Positions 14,837-23,423 of a DNA stretch of 28,394 nucleotides are shown piece after piece; position 1 is the first letter of the stretch, and each line of letters opens with the position of its first letter. The translations under genes were made by a program, and so were the position numbers. The DNA lies in NCBI GenBank assembly GCA_041742355.1, contig JBGSIV010000244.1, forward strand, positions 1 through 28,394, read 5' to 3'. The notes beneath the pieces are model-generated. The model searched no databases. It saw only the letters and a program-made list of their open reading frames with translations, and was not told the origin of the DNA. This DNA is from Candidatus Zixiibacteriota bacterium. GTDB lineage: Bacteria > Zixibacteria > MSB-5A5 > GN15 > FEB-12.

Positions 14837-15031
14837 ATGCCAAAGATGAAAAGCCAGCGCGGCGCCGCGAAGCGGTTCAAGAAGACCGGCACTGGCAAGT
14901 ACAAACGCAAAAAGGCCTTCAAGAGTCACATCCTGACGAAGAAGTCGCCCAAGCGTATCCGGCAGTTGCGTAAGGCCACGCTCGCATCGAAGAGCGATGA
15001 GAAGCGCCTGAAGCGTATGCTGCCGTACTGA
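14837..15031 (+). CDS. rpmI: 50S ribosomal protein L35
   Basis: [21 protein letters not shown]...[15 protein letters not shown]; infC-rpmI-rplT synteny. Confidence 0.98.
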   Translation: MPKMKSQRGAAKRFKKTGTGKYKRKKAFKSHILTKKSPKRIRQLRKATLASKSDEKRLKRMLPY

Positions 15032-15069
15032 GTCGTCCGAGAAGTGAAGTCCTGAAGGAGTACGAGTAA

Positions 15070-15420
15070 ATGGCACGCGCAAAGAACAACGTCGCCGCCC
15101 ACCAGCGGCACAAGAAGGTCCTGGACCGGGCCAAGGGAAATTTCAACGGTCGCGGCAAACTGTACCGCACCGCGCTTGAAACGGTTCACAAGGGCCTGAA
15201 GTATGCCTACCGGGATCGTCGCGCCAAGAAGCGCGAGTTCCGTCAGTTGTGGATCGCCCGCATCTCCGCCGCCGCCCGCATGTGCGGCACGAACTATTCG
15301 CAGTTCATGGCGGGAATGACGAAAGCTGGAGTGAATCTCGATCGCAAGGTGCTGGCCGACATCGCCGCCCGCGATATGGCCACCTTCGAGTCCCTGGCCA
15401 AAATGGCCGCCGGTAAGTAA
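15070..15420 (+). CDS. rplT: 50S ribosomal protein L20
   Basis: YAYRDRRAKKREFRQLWIARISAA and NLDRKVLADIA; SD GAAGGAG. Confidence 0.98.
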   Translation: MARAKNNVAAHQRHKKVLDRAKGNFNGRGKLYRTALETVHKGLKYAYRDRRAKKREFRQLWIARISAAARMCGTNYSQFMAGMTKAGVNLDRKVLADIAARDMATFESLAKMAAGK

Positions 15421-15437
15421 GCCAGGGGTGCATTGGC

Positions 15438-16451
15438 ATGCCACTCCTGGATGAGATCGCCCAACTGGAACGCGAAGCACTCGAGCGAATCGGTCAGGCC
15501 GATTCGCTTGATTTGCTTAACGACCTCCGGGTCCGCTACCTCGGCAAGAAAGGCGGCCTGACGGCCGTCCTCAAGGGCCTGGGGCAGCTTGCCCCCGAGG
15601 AACGCAAAGTGGTCGGCGCCGCAGCGAACACCGCCCGCGAAGCAATCGAACGCCACCTCGCCGACGGCATGGCCCGCCTCGAGACGGGCGGACTCAGAGC
15701 CTCGCTCGACCCCACCCTCCCCGGAACCGGCCAATACGTCGGGGCGGTTCACATCCTCAATCAGGTCATGAACGACATCTGCCGGACGTTCTACGGCATG
15801 GGTTTTGAAATCGCGTACGGCCCCGATGTCGAGACCGACTACTACAACTTCGAAGCGCTGAATTTCCCTCCCGACCACCCTGCCCGCGATATGCAGGACA
15901 CCCTGTTCGTCGAAGGCGGGCGGCTCCTGCGGACCCACACCACTCCGGTGCAGGCGCGCGTGCTTGAAGTCCGCAAGCCCCCGATCAAATGCATCACCCC
16001 GGGACGGACCTTCCGCAACGAGGCGATCTCTACCCGCGCTCACGTCGCGTTCCACCAGGTCGACGGCTTCCTGGTCGACGAGGGCGTGACGATGGCCGAC
16101 CTCAAGGGCGCGCTGGTCGCCTTCTGCAAAGCATTCTTCGGCCCGGAGGTCAAACTGATCTTCCGACCGTCGTATTTCCCCTTCACCGAACCCTCGGCCG
16201 AAGTCGACATCTCCTGCTTCCTCTGCGGCGGGAAGGGCTGCCAGCTGTGCAAGTTCTCCGGCTGGCTGGAAATCCTCGGCTGCGGCATGATCGATCCCAA
16301 CGTGCTGGACAAAGCCGGGATCGACAGCGAAAAGTACACCGGCTACGCCTTTGGCATGGGCGTGGAGCGTCAGGCGCTCCTGAAGTACCGGATCAACGAC
16401 ATCCGGCTGTTCTTCAACAACGATATTCGCTTCTTGCGTCAGTTCAGGTAA
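15438..16451 (+). CDS. pheS: Phenylalanine--tRNA ligase alpha subunit
   Basis: HPARDMQDT, LLRTHTTPVQ, FHQVDG, FRPSYFPFTEPS, LEILGCGM and GYAFGMGVER. Confidence 0.99.
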   Translation: MPLLDEIAQLEREALERIGQADSLDLLNDLRVRYLGKKGGLTAVLKGLGQLAPEERKVVGAAANTAREAIERHLADGMARLETGGLRASLDPTLPGTGQYVGAVHILNQVMNDICRTFYGMGFEIAYGPDVETDYYNFEALNFPPDHPARDMQDTLFVEGGRLLRTHTTPVQARVLEVRKPPIKCITPGRTFRNEAISTRAHVAFHQVDGFLVDEGVTMADLKGALVAFCKAFFGPEVKLIFRPSYFPFTEPSAEVDISCFLCGGKGCQLCKFSGWLEILGCGMIDPNVLDKAGIDSEKYTGYAFGMGVERQALLKYRINDIRLFFNNDIRFLRQFR

Positions 16452-16455
16452 GCCG

Positions 16456-18840
16456 ATGAAAGTCTCTTACAAATGGCTCCTCGAACTCACCGGTCTCGAC
16501 TGGCCGGTTGAAGATCTCACCCGGCGGCTGACCCTGTGCGGGACCGCCTGCGAAGATACCACCCCGATCGCCCGCTACATGGACAAGGTGGTGGTGGGCC
16601 AGGTGACCGCCGTCAAGCCGGTCGAAGGCGCCGACAAACTGCGGCTGGCAACCGTCAATCTCGGCGACGCCACGCTTGACCTGATCTGCGGCGCTCCCAA
16701 CGTGGCCGCCGGCCAGAAAGTGGCCGTGGCCACGATCGGCGCAACGCTGGCCGGGGACATGGTCATCAAGAAGGCCAAAATCCGCGGGATCGAATCCTGC
16801 GGCATGATCTGCTCCGAGCGCGAACTGGGCCTCTCCGACGACCACAGCGGCATCCTGGTGCTCGAACCGGACGCCCCCGTCGGAATGGCGCTCGCCCGCT
16901 ACCTCGATATCGAAGATTACCGACTCACTTTTGAACTGACGCCCAATCGGCCCGACTCCATGTCGGCGCTCGGAATCGCCCGGGATATGGCCGCGCTGGG
17001 ACAGGTCAAACTGCGCCGCCCGGAATCCTCTGTGAAGGAATCCGCAGGGAAAGCGTCGTATCAGATCAGCGTACGACTGGAGGACCCAGTCGGCTGTCCC
17101 CGGTACGCCGCACGGGTCATCAGGAACGTCAAAATCGGCCGGTCCCCCTGGTGGTTGCGCAAGCGGCTCATGATTTCCGGGGTGAGACCCATCAATAACG
17201 TGGTGGATGTCACCAACTACGTGATGCTCGAATGCGGCCACCCGCTCCACGCCTTCGACCTTGACCGGTTCGGATCGAACGAAGTTGTGGTGCGCCGCGC
17301 GAAAGCGGGGGAGAAGTTCACCACCCTCGACGGCCGCGAACACGAATGTACTCCCGATGTACTCCTGATCACCAACGGCAAGTCCGGGGTGGCCGCTGCC
17401 GGCGTCATGGGCGGGCAGAACTCCGAAGTCGAACCGACCACTACAAATATCCTGCTCGAAGCCGCCTACTTCAATCCGTCGGTGATTCGCAAGAGCCGCC
17501 GCCTACTCGACACAGTTAGTGAATCCTCTCAGCGCTTCGAGAAGGGGGCTGACCCAAACGGCATCGAGTATGCAATCAACCGGGCTGCCCGCCTGTTCGC
17601 CGAATTGTGCGGCGGGGAAGTGGTCGAGGGAATTGTCGACGCCTACCCGAACCGGATTGATCCGAAGAAGATTTCTCTGCGGCCGGCGCGCTGTAACGCC
17701 CTGCTCGGAACGCAGCTGCCCGCCGAGCGCATGCGCGAGATCCTGACCGGCCTGGAGTTCAAGGTTGTGGGGAATGATCCCCTGTCAGTGACCGTGCCGG
17801 CCTTCCGCCCCGATATCGAACGCGAGATCGACTTGATCGAAGAAGTCGTGCGGATCGAGGGGTTTGCGCAGGTCGAAGATTCCGTAAGCAATGTCGGGCC
17901 GCTGTTTACGCCGCTTCGCTTCGAGGATCGCTTTAAGGATGAGGTGCGCCACATCCTCACCGGAGCGGGATTCGACGAGATCCTCCACCATGGTCTGGCC
18001 GACAGCCGTCTGGCTTCGGCCGTGGTCCCGGACCTTCCGCAACTGAAGTTGGTGAGCACCGCCAGCGCCGAGCTGAATATCATGCGCAACAGCATGGTGT
18101 TGTCGGCAATGACGATCATCGGCCACAATGTCTCCCACCGGAACCTCGATCTCAGGCTGTTCGAACTGGGGAAGGTCTATTTCCCACCCGACCCGACCGG
18201 ACGGTGGATAGAGGACGAGCGGATCATGCTGGCCGTGACCGGCAGCACGCCGCATACCTGGCGGGAAACACCCCGTCCGTTTGACTTCTATGATCTCAAA
18301 GGGGCGATCCATCGGCTGGTCGATCACTTCCACTGGCCGACTCTGGAGTTCGCGCCGGAAGCGGTGGCCTTCCTGGAGCCGCAGGCGTCGTTCGTCGTCA
18401 AACTCAACGGTCGGCCGATAGGCACTGTGGGGCAGTTGGCGGCACGCTTGGCGAAGTCGGTCGATGTCAAGCAACCGGTCTGGGTGGCCGAACTGGCCGC
18501 CGAACCGCTGATGGCGGTGAGCAGCCGGGTGTCGACGTACGAACCGCTGCCGATCTATCCGGCCGCTCCGCGTGATTTGTCGCTGGTGGTCGACGAGCAG
18601 GTGCCCGCGGGCGCGATTGTGGCGTCGATCAAAACGGTGGCGGGGGAGATGGCCGAAGCTGTCGACATCTTCGACCTCTACACCGGCAAGCAGATCGAAG
18701 CAGGCAAGAAGTCGATTGCGGTGGCGATTGCCTATCGTTCGCGGGAACGCAGCCTGTCGAGCGAGGAAGTCGAAGCGGTACAACAAAAAGTTATCGACGA
18801 GCTCAAGAATACGTTTAAAGCAGTGGTGCGTGACAAATGA
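16456..18840 (+). CDS. pheT: Phenylalanine--tRNA ligase beta subunit
   Basis: ICGAPNV, GMICSERELG, TPNRPD, INNVVDVTNYVMLECGHPLHAFD, RPDIEREIDLIEEV and a C-terminal FDX-ACB domain. Confidence 0.99.
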   Translation: MKVSYKWLLELTGLDWPVEDLTRRLTLCGTACEDTTPIARYMDKVVVGQVTAVKPVEGADKLRLATVNLGDATLDLICGAPNVAAGQKVAVATIGATLAGDMVIKKAKIRGIESCGMICSERELGLSDDHSGILVLEPDAPVGMALARYLDIEDYRLTFELTPNRPDSMSALGIARDMAALGQVKLRRPESSVKESAGKASYQISVRLEDPVGCPRYAARVIRNVKIGRSPWWLRKRLMISGVRPINNVVDVTNYVMLECGHPLHAFDLDRFGSNEVVVRRAKAGEKFTTLDGREHECTPDVLLITNGKSGVAAAGVMGGQNSEVEPTTTNILLEAAYFNPSVIRKSRRLLDTVSESSQRFEKGADPNGIEYAINRAARLFAELCGGEVVEGIVDAYPNRIDPKKISLRPARCNALLGTQLPAERMREILTGLEFKVVGNDPLSVTVPAFRPDIEREIDLIEEVVRIEGFAQVEDSVSNVGPLFTPLRFEDRFKDEVRHILTGAGFDEILHHGLADSRLASAVVPDLPQLKLVSTASAELNIMRNSMVLSAMTIIGHNVSHRNLDLRLFELGKVYFPPDPTGRWIEDERIMLAVTGSTPHTWRETPRPFDFYDLKGAIHRLVDHFHWPTLEFAPEAVAFLEPQASFVVKLNGRPIGTVGQLAARLAKSVDVKQPVWVAELAAEPLMAVSSRVSTYEPLPIYPAAPRDLSLVVDEQVPAGAIVASIKTVAGEMAEAVDIFDLYTGKQIEAGKKSIAVAIAYRSRERSLSSEEVEAVQQKVIDELKNTFKAVVRDK

Positions 18841-19106
18841 CTCTGGAAGAGAAGTTCAATCGGCTGGCGTCGATGGTCGGAGATCTGACCGAGACGTTGC
18901 AGCAGCTCCGGCAGGAGAACCAGGTTCTCCAGCAGGAGACCGAACAGCTTCACCGTGAAAATGACGGTCTGAAGCAGGAGTTGACGTCGCTGCGAGGGGA
19001 ATGTCATAAACTGAAACTGGAAGCTGCCGACCGGACTGCGCTGGTGACATCGAAGCTATCCGGAGTGCTGCAGCGTCTGGAGGAACTCGAACGCCTCGAG
19101 GGGTAG
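18837..19106 (+). CDS. Coiled-coil cell-division protein, ZapB-like
   Basis: 89-aa heptad coiled coil (LQQLRQENQVLQQE..LHRENDGLKQE); overlaps the pheT stop (ATGA) and precedes zapA. Confidence 0.7.
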   Translation: MTLEEKFNRLASMVGDLTETLQQLRQENQVLQQETEQLHRENDGLKQELTSLRGECHKLKLEAADRTALVTSKLSGVLQRLEELERLEG

Positions 19107-19117
19107 GAAGTTTTATC

Positions 19118-19146
19118 TTGACAGATTCCTGCTCCCTTGCTATAAA
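19118..19146 (+). promoter_or_regulatory. Sigma70-type promoter for zapA-rny
   Basis: TTGACA (19118-19123) - 17 nt - TATAAA (19141-19146), with an extended -10 TG. Confidence 0.72.
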
Positions 19147-19217
19147 TCATTGACTGTAAGCGGGATAAGAAGGAACAAGCTCGATCTGCCGATCGGGCCG
19201 TTCAGGTACCTGAACAT

Positions 19218-19520
19218 ATGGCAGCAAACGTAGTTGTGGTGAACATATACGGCGACGAGTACCCGATCACCGGTGTTACTGACGCCGCTCATATTTCCCG
19301 GGTAGCGGATTATGTCAATGCGCGTATGACCGAGATCGCGCGTGTCAGCAAGGTGAAGGCGAAAGACAAGATTGCCATTCTGGCGGCCATGTCAATTGCC
19401 TCGGAATTGCTGGAGAGATCCGACGAGTTGGCGTCGACCGATAAAACAGTCGAAACGCGGCTCGATCTGCTCCTGGAGCAACTCGAACGCGATCTGCCGG
19501 TTGTGTCTGAAGGCGCCTGA
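19218..19520 (+). CDS. zapA: Cell division protein ZapA
   Basis: VVVNIYGDEYPI, RVADYVNARMTEI and IAILAAMSIASEL motifs. Confidence 0.93.
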   Translation: MAANVVVVNIYGDEYPITGVTDAAHISRVADYVNARMTEIARVSKVKAKDKIAILAAMSIASELLERSDELASTDKTVETRLDLLLEQLERDLPVVSEGA

Positions 19521-19621
19521 TCTTCGGCCGAGTGATTCGATCGTTCCGGTTCTCTTCTTACTCCCAACTTTGAGATAAATGCACCAGTCCTCCGGCGCAC
19601 CGCGCCGGGGTGGAGGACGCA

Positions 19622-21193
19622 ATGGACGCCAACAGCATCATCATCCTCGTTGCCCTGGCTATTGTCGTCGGCGGCGTGGCGTTTTTCCTGTCGTGGCGCG
19701 CGGCCGGTCGTATGAGTGCCGAACGGTTCTCTGCGGCGGCTGCCGAGGCCGAGCGGGTGGTCGAAGAGGCCAAGAAAGAGGCCGAAATCAGGCGGAAAGA
19801 AGCCCGCCTGGAAGCCCGCGAAGAATTCCTCAAACTCAAGGGGGAGTTCGATAAGGAAGTCCACACGCGACGCCAGGAACTCGACACCCTGGAAAAACGG
19901 CTTTACGACCTCGACAATTCCCTGCAAAAGAAACACGACCTCCTCGATACCCGCGAAAAAGACCTGACCAATCGGGAACGCGCGACGCAGACCCGGGAAA
20001 AAGGAATCACCCTGCGGGAAGAGGAACTCGACCAGATCATTGCCCGGCAGAACGAGCGGCTCCAGAAGATTGCCCAAATGACCCCGGAAGAGGCCAAGCG
20101 GCAGCTGATGGACAACATGATCAACACGGCCAAAATGGAAGCCGCGCAGTATGTGAAGGAAATCAAGGAACGGGCTGAATCCGACGCCGAAAAAGAGGCC
20201 CGGGAGATCATCATCTCGGCCATTTACCGGTGCGCTGCCGACCACACCGTTGAAACGACCGTCTCGGTCGTCAACCTCCCGTCCGACGAAATGAAAGGCC
20301 GCATCATCGGCCGCGAAGGGCGCAACATTCGATCGTTTGAAACCGCCACCGGAATCGACGTCATTGTCGACGACACGCCGGAGGCGGTGATCCTCTCAGG
20401 ATACGACCCGGTCCGCCGGGAAATCGCCCGCATGGCCCTTGAAAAACTCATTGCCGACGGCCGCATCCACCCGACCCGGATCGAAGAAGTCGTGGAAAAG
20501 GCGCAGAAGGAGATGGACGTGATCGTGCGCGAGGCGGGCGAACAGGCCTGCTTCGAACTCGGTATCCACGGCCTGCACCCGGATGTCATCAAGATGCTCG
20601 GCAAGCTGCACTTCCGGACTTCCTACGGCCAGAACGTACTGGCGCACGCCAAGGAAGTCGCGATGCTCTGCGGCCTGATGGCGGCCGAACTCGAGCTGGA
20701 TGCCCCGCTGGCCAAACGCTGCGGCCTGCTGCACGATATCGGCAAGGCGATCGACCGGGAAACCGAAGGCACCCATACCCAGATCGGCGCCGACTTCATC
20801 CAGCGCTACAAAGAAGCGCCGGAAGTGGCCAACGCGATTGAATCGCACCATGGCGACGTTCCCATGATCGGGCCGTACCCCGTGCTCGTGCAGGCGGCCG
20901 ACGCCATCTCCGGGGCTCGTCCGGGAGCGCGGCGCGAGCCGCTCGAAGCGTACATCAAGCGCCTCCAGCAGCTGGAGGCCCTGGCCGACAGCTTTAAGGG
21001 TGTCGCCAAAGCGTACGCGATCCAGGCCGGCCGCGAGATCCGCGTCATCGTCGAAAACGATACGCTCGACGACCTCGGAACCTCGATTCTCGCCGGCGAC
21101 ATCGCCTCCAAGATCGAGCGCGAGATGCAGTACCCCGGTCAGATCAAGGTGACCGTGGTGCGCGAGACGCGGGCAACGGAATTCGCGCGGTAG
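19622..21193 (+). CDS. rny: Ribonuclease Y
   Basis: N-terminal TM helix, coiled coil, KH domain ([14 protein letters not shown]), HD domain (LLHDIGK) and [17 protein letters not shown] precedes ATG 19622. Confidence 0.98.
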   Translation: MDANSIIILVALAIVVGGVAFFLSWRAAGRMSAERFSAAAAEAERVVEEAKKEAEIRRKEARLEAREEFLKLKGEFDKEVHTRRQELDTLEKRLYDLDNSLQKKHDLLDTREKDLTNRERATQTREKGITLREEELDQIIARQNERLQKIAQMTPEEAKRQLMDNMINTAKMEAAQYVKEIKERAESDAEKEAREIIISAIYRCAADHTVETTVSVVNLPSDEMKGRIIGREGRNIRSFETATGIDVIVDDTPEAVILSGYDPVRREIARMALEKLIADGRIHPTRIEEVVEKAQKEMDVIVREAGEQACFELGIHGLHPDVIKMLGKLHFRTSYGQNVLAHAKEVAMLCGLMAAELELDAPLAKRCGLLHDIGKAIDRETEGTHTQIGADFIQRYKEAPEVANAIESHHGDVPMIGPYPVLVQAADAISGARPGARREPLEAYIKRLQQLEALADSFKGVAKAYAIQAGREIRVIVENDTLDDLGTSILAGDIASKIEREMQYPGQIKVTVVRETRATEFAR

Positions 21194-21239
21194 GAACTAT
21201 TCGCCCGGTCCGCTGTTTCTCCAGTTTAGTCATTGCATG

Positions 21240-21269
21240 AAAGGCGGAGTTGTCGTAAACTCCGCCTTT
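21240..21269. terminator. Perfect 12-bp inverted repeat, potentially a bidirectional terminator between rny and ymdB
   Basis: AAAGGCGGAGTT-GTCGTA-AACTCCGCCTTT, followed by AGTTATT. Confidence 0.72.
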
Positions 21270-21352
21270 AGTTATTGCGGCCGTAGACGGTGGCAGCGGT
21301 GGGCGCCCCGGCTTCGGACATAATCGCTGGCCCGCCTTAGAAAGCTCTCGGA

Positions 21353-22243
21353 ATGGCTCAAATCAACGTCTTGTTCATCGCCGACGTGTGCGGCAAAGTC
21401 GGCCGCCAGGCTCTCGCGCACATGACCAAACCCCTCCGCCGCAAGTACGACATCTCTTACGTCATAGCCAACACCGAAAACGCCGCCGGCGGCTTCGGCA
21501 TCACGGCCGAAATGGCCCGCAAGGTGTTCACCTACGGAGTGAACGTGCAGACCTCCGGCAACCACATCTGGGATCGTTTCGACATCATCCGCTATCTTGG
21601 CGAAAACAACCGCATGCTCCGCCCGGCCAATTTCCCGGAAGGCGTGCCGGGACGCGGCATGAGTATCGAGGATGTCGGCGGGATCAAGATCGCGGTCATC
21701 AACCTGATGGGCCGGACCTACATGAAGGACATCGACTGTCCCTTCCAGGTAGCCCGCTTCCTCGTCGAAGAAGCCCGCAAGCACACCAAGGTGATCTTCA
21801 TCGACATGCACGCCGAAGCGACCTCCGAGAAGCAGGCGATGCACTACTACCTCGACGGCCAGGTGACGGCGGTGGTCGGCACCCACACCCACGTGCCCAC
21901 GGCCGACGAGTACGTCTCGTCGAAGGGGACCGCGTATGTCACCGATGTCGGCATGACCGGGCCGTACGACTCCATCATCGGCATGGACAAGGAACCGTCG
22001 CTCCAACGCTTCCTCACCGGCATGCCCAAACGCTTCAACACGGCCGAAGGGGACTGCCGGCTGGCCGGTGCGGTGGTGACGCTTGAGACGGAAACCGGCC
22101 GGGCATACAAAATCGAACGAATCATGTACCCGTTTGACATCAACACCTTTAAGCCGAGCGATATCGCGCCCGGCGCCGATAACGATGAGGTCCCGCATCT
22201 GGCCGACGATCTGGATGGGGACGCTAGTGGGGAGAACTGGTAA
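21353..22243 (+). CDS. ymdB: YmdB/TIGR00282-family metallophosphoesterase
   Basis: LFIADVCG, NTENAAGG, TSGNHIWD, DMHAEATSEK, GTHTHVPTAD and TDVGMTGP; rny-ymdB synteny. Confidence 0.93.
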   Translation: MAQINVLFIADVCGKVGRQALAHMTKPLRRKYDISYVIANTENAAGGFGITAEMARKVFTYGVNVQTSGNHIWDRFDIIRYLGENNRMLRPANFPEGVPGRGMSIEDVGGIKIAVINLMGRTYMKDIDCPFQVARFLVEEARKHTKVIFIDMHAEATSEKQAMHYYLDGQVTAVVGTHTHVPTADEYVSSKGTAYVTDVGMTGPYDSIIGMDKEPSLQRFLTGMPKRFNTAEGDCRLAGAVVTLETETGRAYKIERIMYPFDINTFKPSDIAPGADNDEVPHLADDLDGDASGENW

Positions 22244-23148
22244 TGGCTGCCAACATAATTGACGGCAAGGTGGTTGCCCAAAGCGTGCTCGACCGGCTCC
22301 AGCCTCGCATTGAGGCGTTGGCTGCACGCGGAATCAAGCCGGGATTGGCCGCGGTGCTGGTCGGCGACGACCCGGCTTCGGCCACCTACGTTCGCTCAAA
22401 AGCCAAGAAGTGCGAGGAGATCGGCCTGTACTCCGAGGTCATTACCCGCCCGGCGGGGATCACCCAGGAAGAACTCAACGGCATCGTCGCTGACTTGAAC
22501 AGCAGCGCAAAAATCCACGGCATCCTCGTGCAATCGCCGCTTCCCCGGCACCTCGATGAGATGGCCATTACCCTGGCCATCCGGCCCGAGAAGGACGTCG
22601 ACGGCTTCCACCCTTATAATGTAGGCATGATGCTCCTGGGCTACCCGCGCTTGCTCCCGTGCACGCCCCATGGCGTCGTCAAGCTGCTCGAGTACTACCA
22701 GCTCGACCCGGCAGGGAAGCAGGTGGTCGTGGTCGGGCGGTCGAATATTGTCGGTAAACCGCTCGCCGCAATGCTGGTGCAGAAGGCGCAGTGGGCCAAC
22801 GCCACGGTTACCGTCGCCCATTCCCGCACGAAGAACCTGGCCGAGATCACCCGGCAGGCCGATTTCGTGGTCGCCGCTATCGGACACCCGAATACGATCA
22901 CGGGCGACATGGTGAAAGAGGGGGCAGTAGTGATCGATGTCGGCGTGAATCGGGTTGAGGACGCATCGAAAAAATCAGGCTACCGCCTCGTGGGAGACTG
23001 CGACTTCGAAGCCTGCGCCCGAAAGGCGTCGTGGATCACTCCGGTGCCCGGCGGCGTCGGCCCCATGACCATCGCGCTTCTCATGTCGAACACGGTTTCG
23101 GCGGCCGAAGCGATTAACGCCGGATCGACCGTCCCTGCAAAACCATAG
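22243..23148 (+). CDS. folD: Bifunctional methylenetetrahydrofolate dehydrogenase/cyclohydrolase
   Basis: YVRSKAK, PEKDVDGFHP, PCTPHG, VGRSNIVGKP and ITPVPGGVGPMT; ATG overlaps the ymdB stop (TAATG). Confidence 0.98.
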   Translation: MAANIIDGKVVAQSVLDRLQPRIEALAARGIKPGLAAVLVGDDPASATYVRSKAKKCEEIGLYSEVITRPAGITQEELNGIVADLNSSAKIHGILVQSPLPRHLDEMAITLAIRPEKDVDGFHPYNVGMMLLGYPRLLPCTPHGVVKLLEYYQLDPAGKQVVVVGRSNIVGKPLAAMLVQKAQWANATVTVAHSRTKNLAEITRQADFVVAAIGHPNTITGDMVKEGAVVIDVGVNRVEDASKKSGYRLVGDCDFEACARKASWITPVPGGVGPMTIALLMSNTVSAAEAINAGSTVPAKP

Positions 23149-23177
23149 CCAATTTGAGCATGTTCGTGCATAATGTC

Positions 23178-23217
23178 CGGCCGGTCCGAAGAACTCTCGG
23201 GCCGGCCGCTTTCATTT
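23178..23217 (+). terminator. Rho-independent terminator after folD
   Basis: Stem CGGCCGGTCCGA/TCGGGCCGGCCG followed by CTTTCATTT. Confidence 0.72.
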
Positions 23218-23349
23218 CCGGCGAAGGGCTACGTCAGGACTTCCGGTCACTTTTGTAACCTGCTGCTCCATAACCCGTTGCGTCGGTGCACGCAGATCTC
23301 TGCTGAGGGAACATATTTCCCGTCACAGAATCCCACCTAATCCAAAACA

Positions 23350-23365
23350 GGGCATATGCTTTGCT
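23350..23365 (+). promoter_or_regulatory. Putative sigma54 (-24/-12) promoter
   Basis: GGGCAT-ATGCT-TTGCT versus consensus TGGCAC-N5-TTGCW, with exact GG-N10-GC spacing; 58 nt upstream of ATG 23424. Confidence 0.55.
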
Positions 23366-23423
23366 TTTTGCAGGGACAAGGTGTGCCGCATCCTCTGAAC
23401 TTGACTACGATGTAAACTGATAA

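Noticed and set aside
15421..15437. pheS attenuator (pheM leader peptide or T-box)
   Set aside because: The rplT-pheS gap is only 17 nt, leaving no room for such an element.
16214..16250. CxxC-GGKG-CxxC motif in PheS
   Set aside because: A common feature of many bacterial PheS proteins; not unusual.
19166..19195. Sigma28-like TAAG...GCCGATCG upstream of zapA
   Set aside because: Wrong spacing and a poor -10 tail; a good sigma70 promoter is already present.
21353..22243. YmdB near a flagellar locus (B. subtilis YmdB affects flagellin expression)
   Set aside because: rny-ymdB is a widely conserved pair about 10 kb from the flagellar genes in a separate transcription unit; proximity is not evidence of a link.
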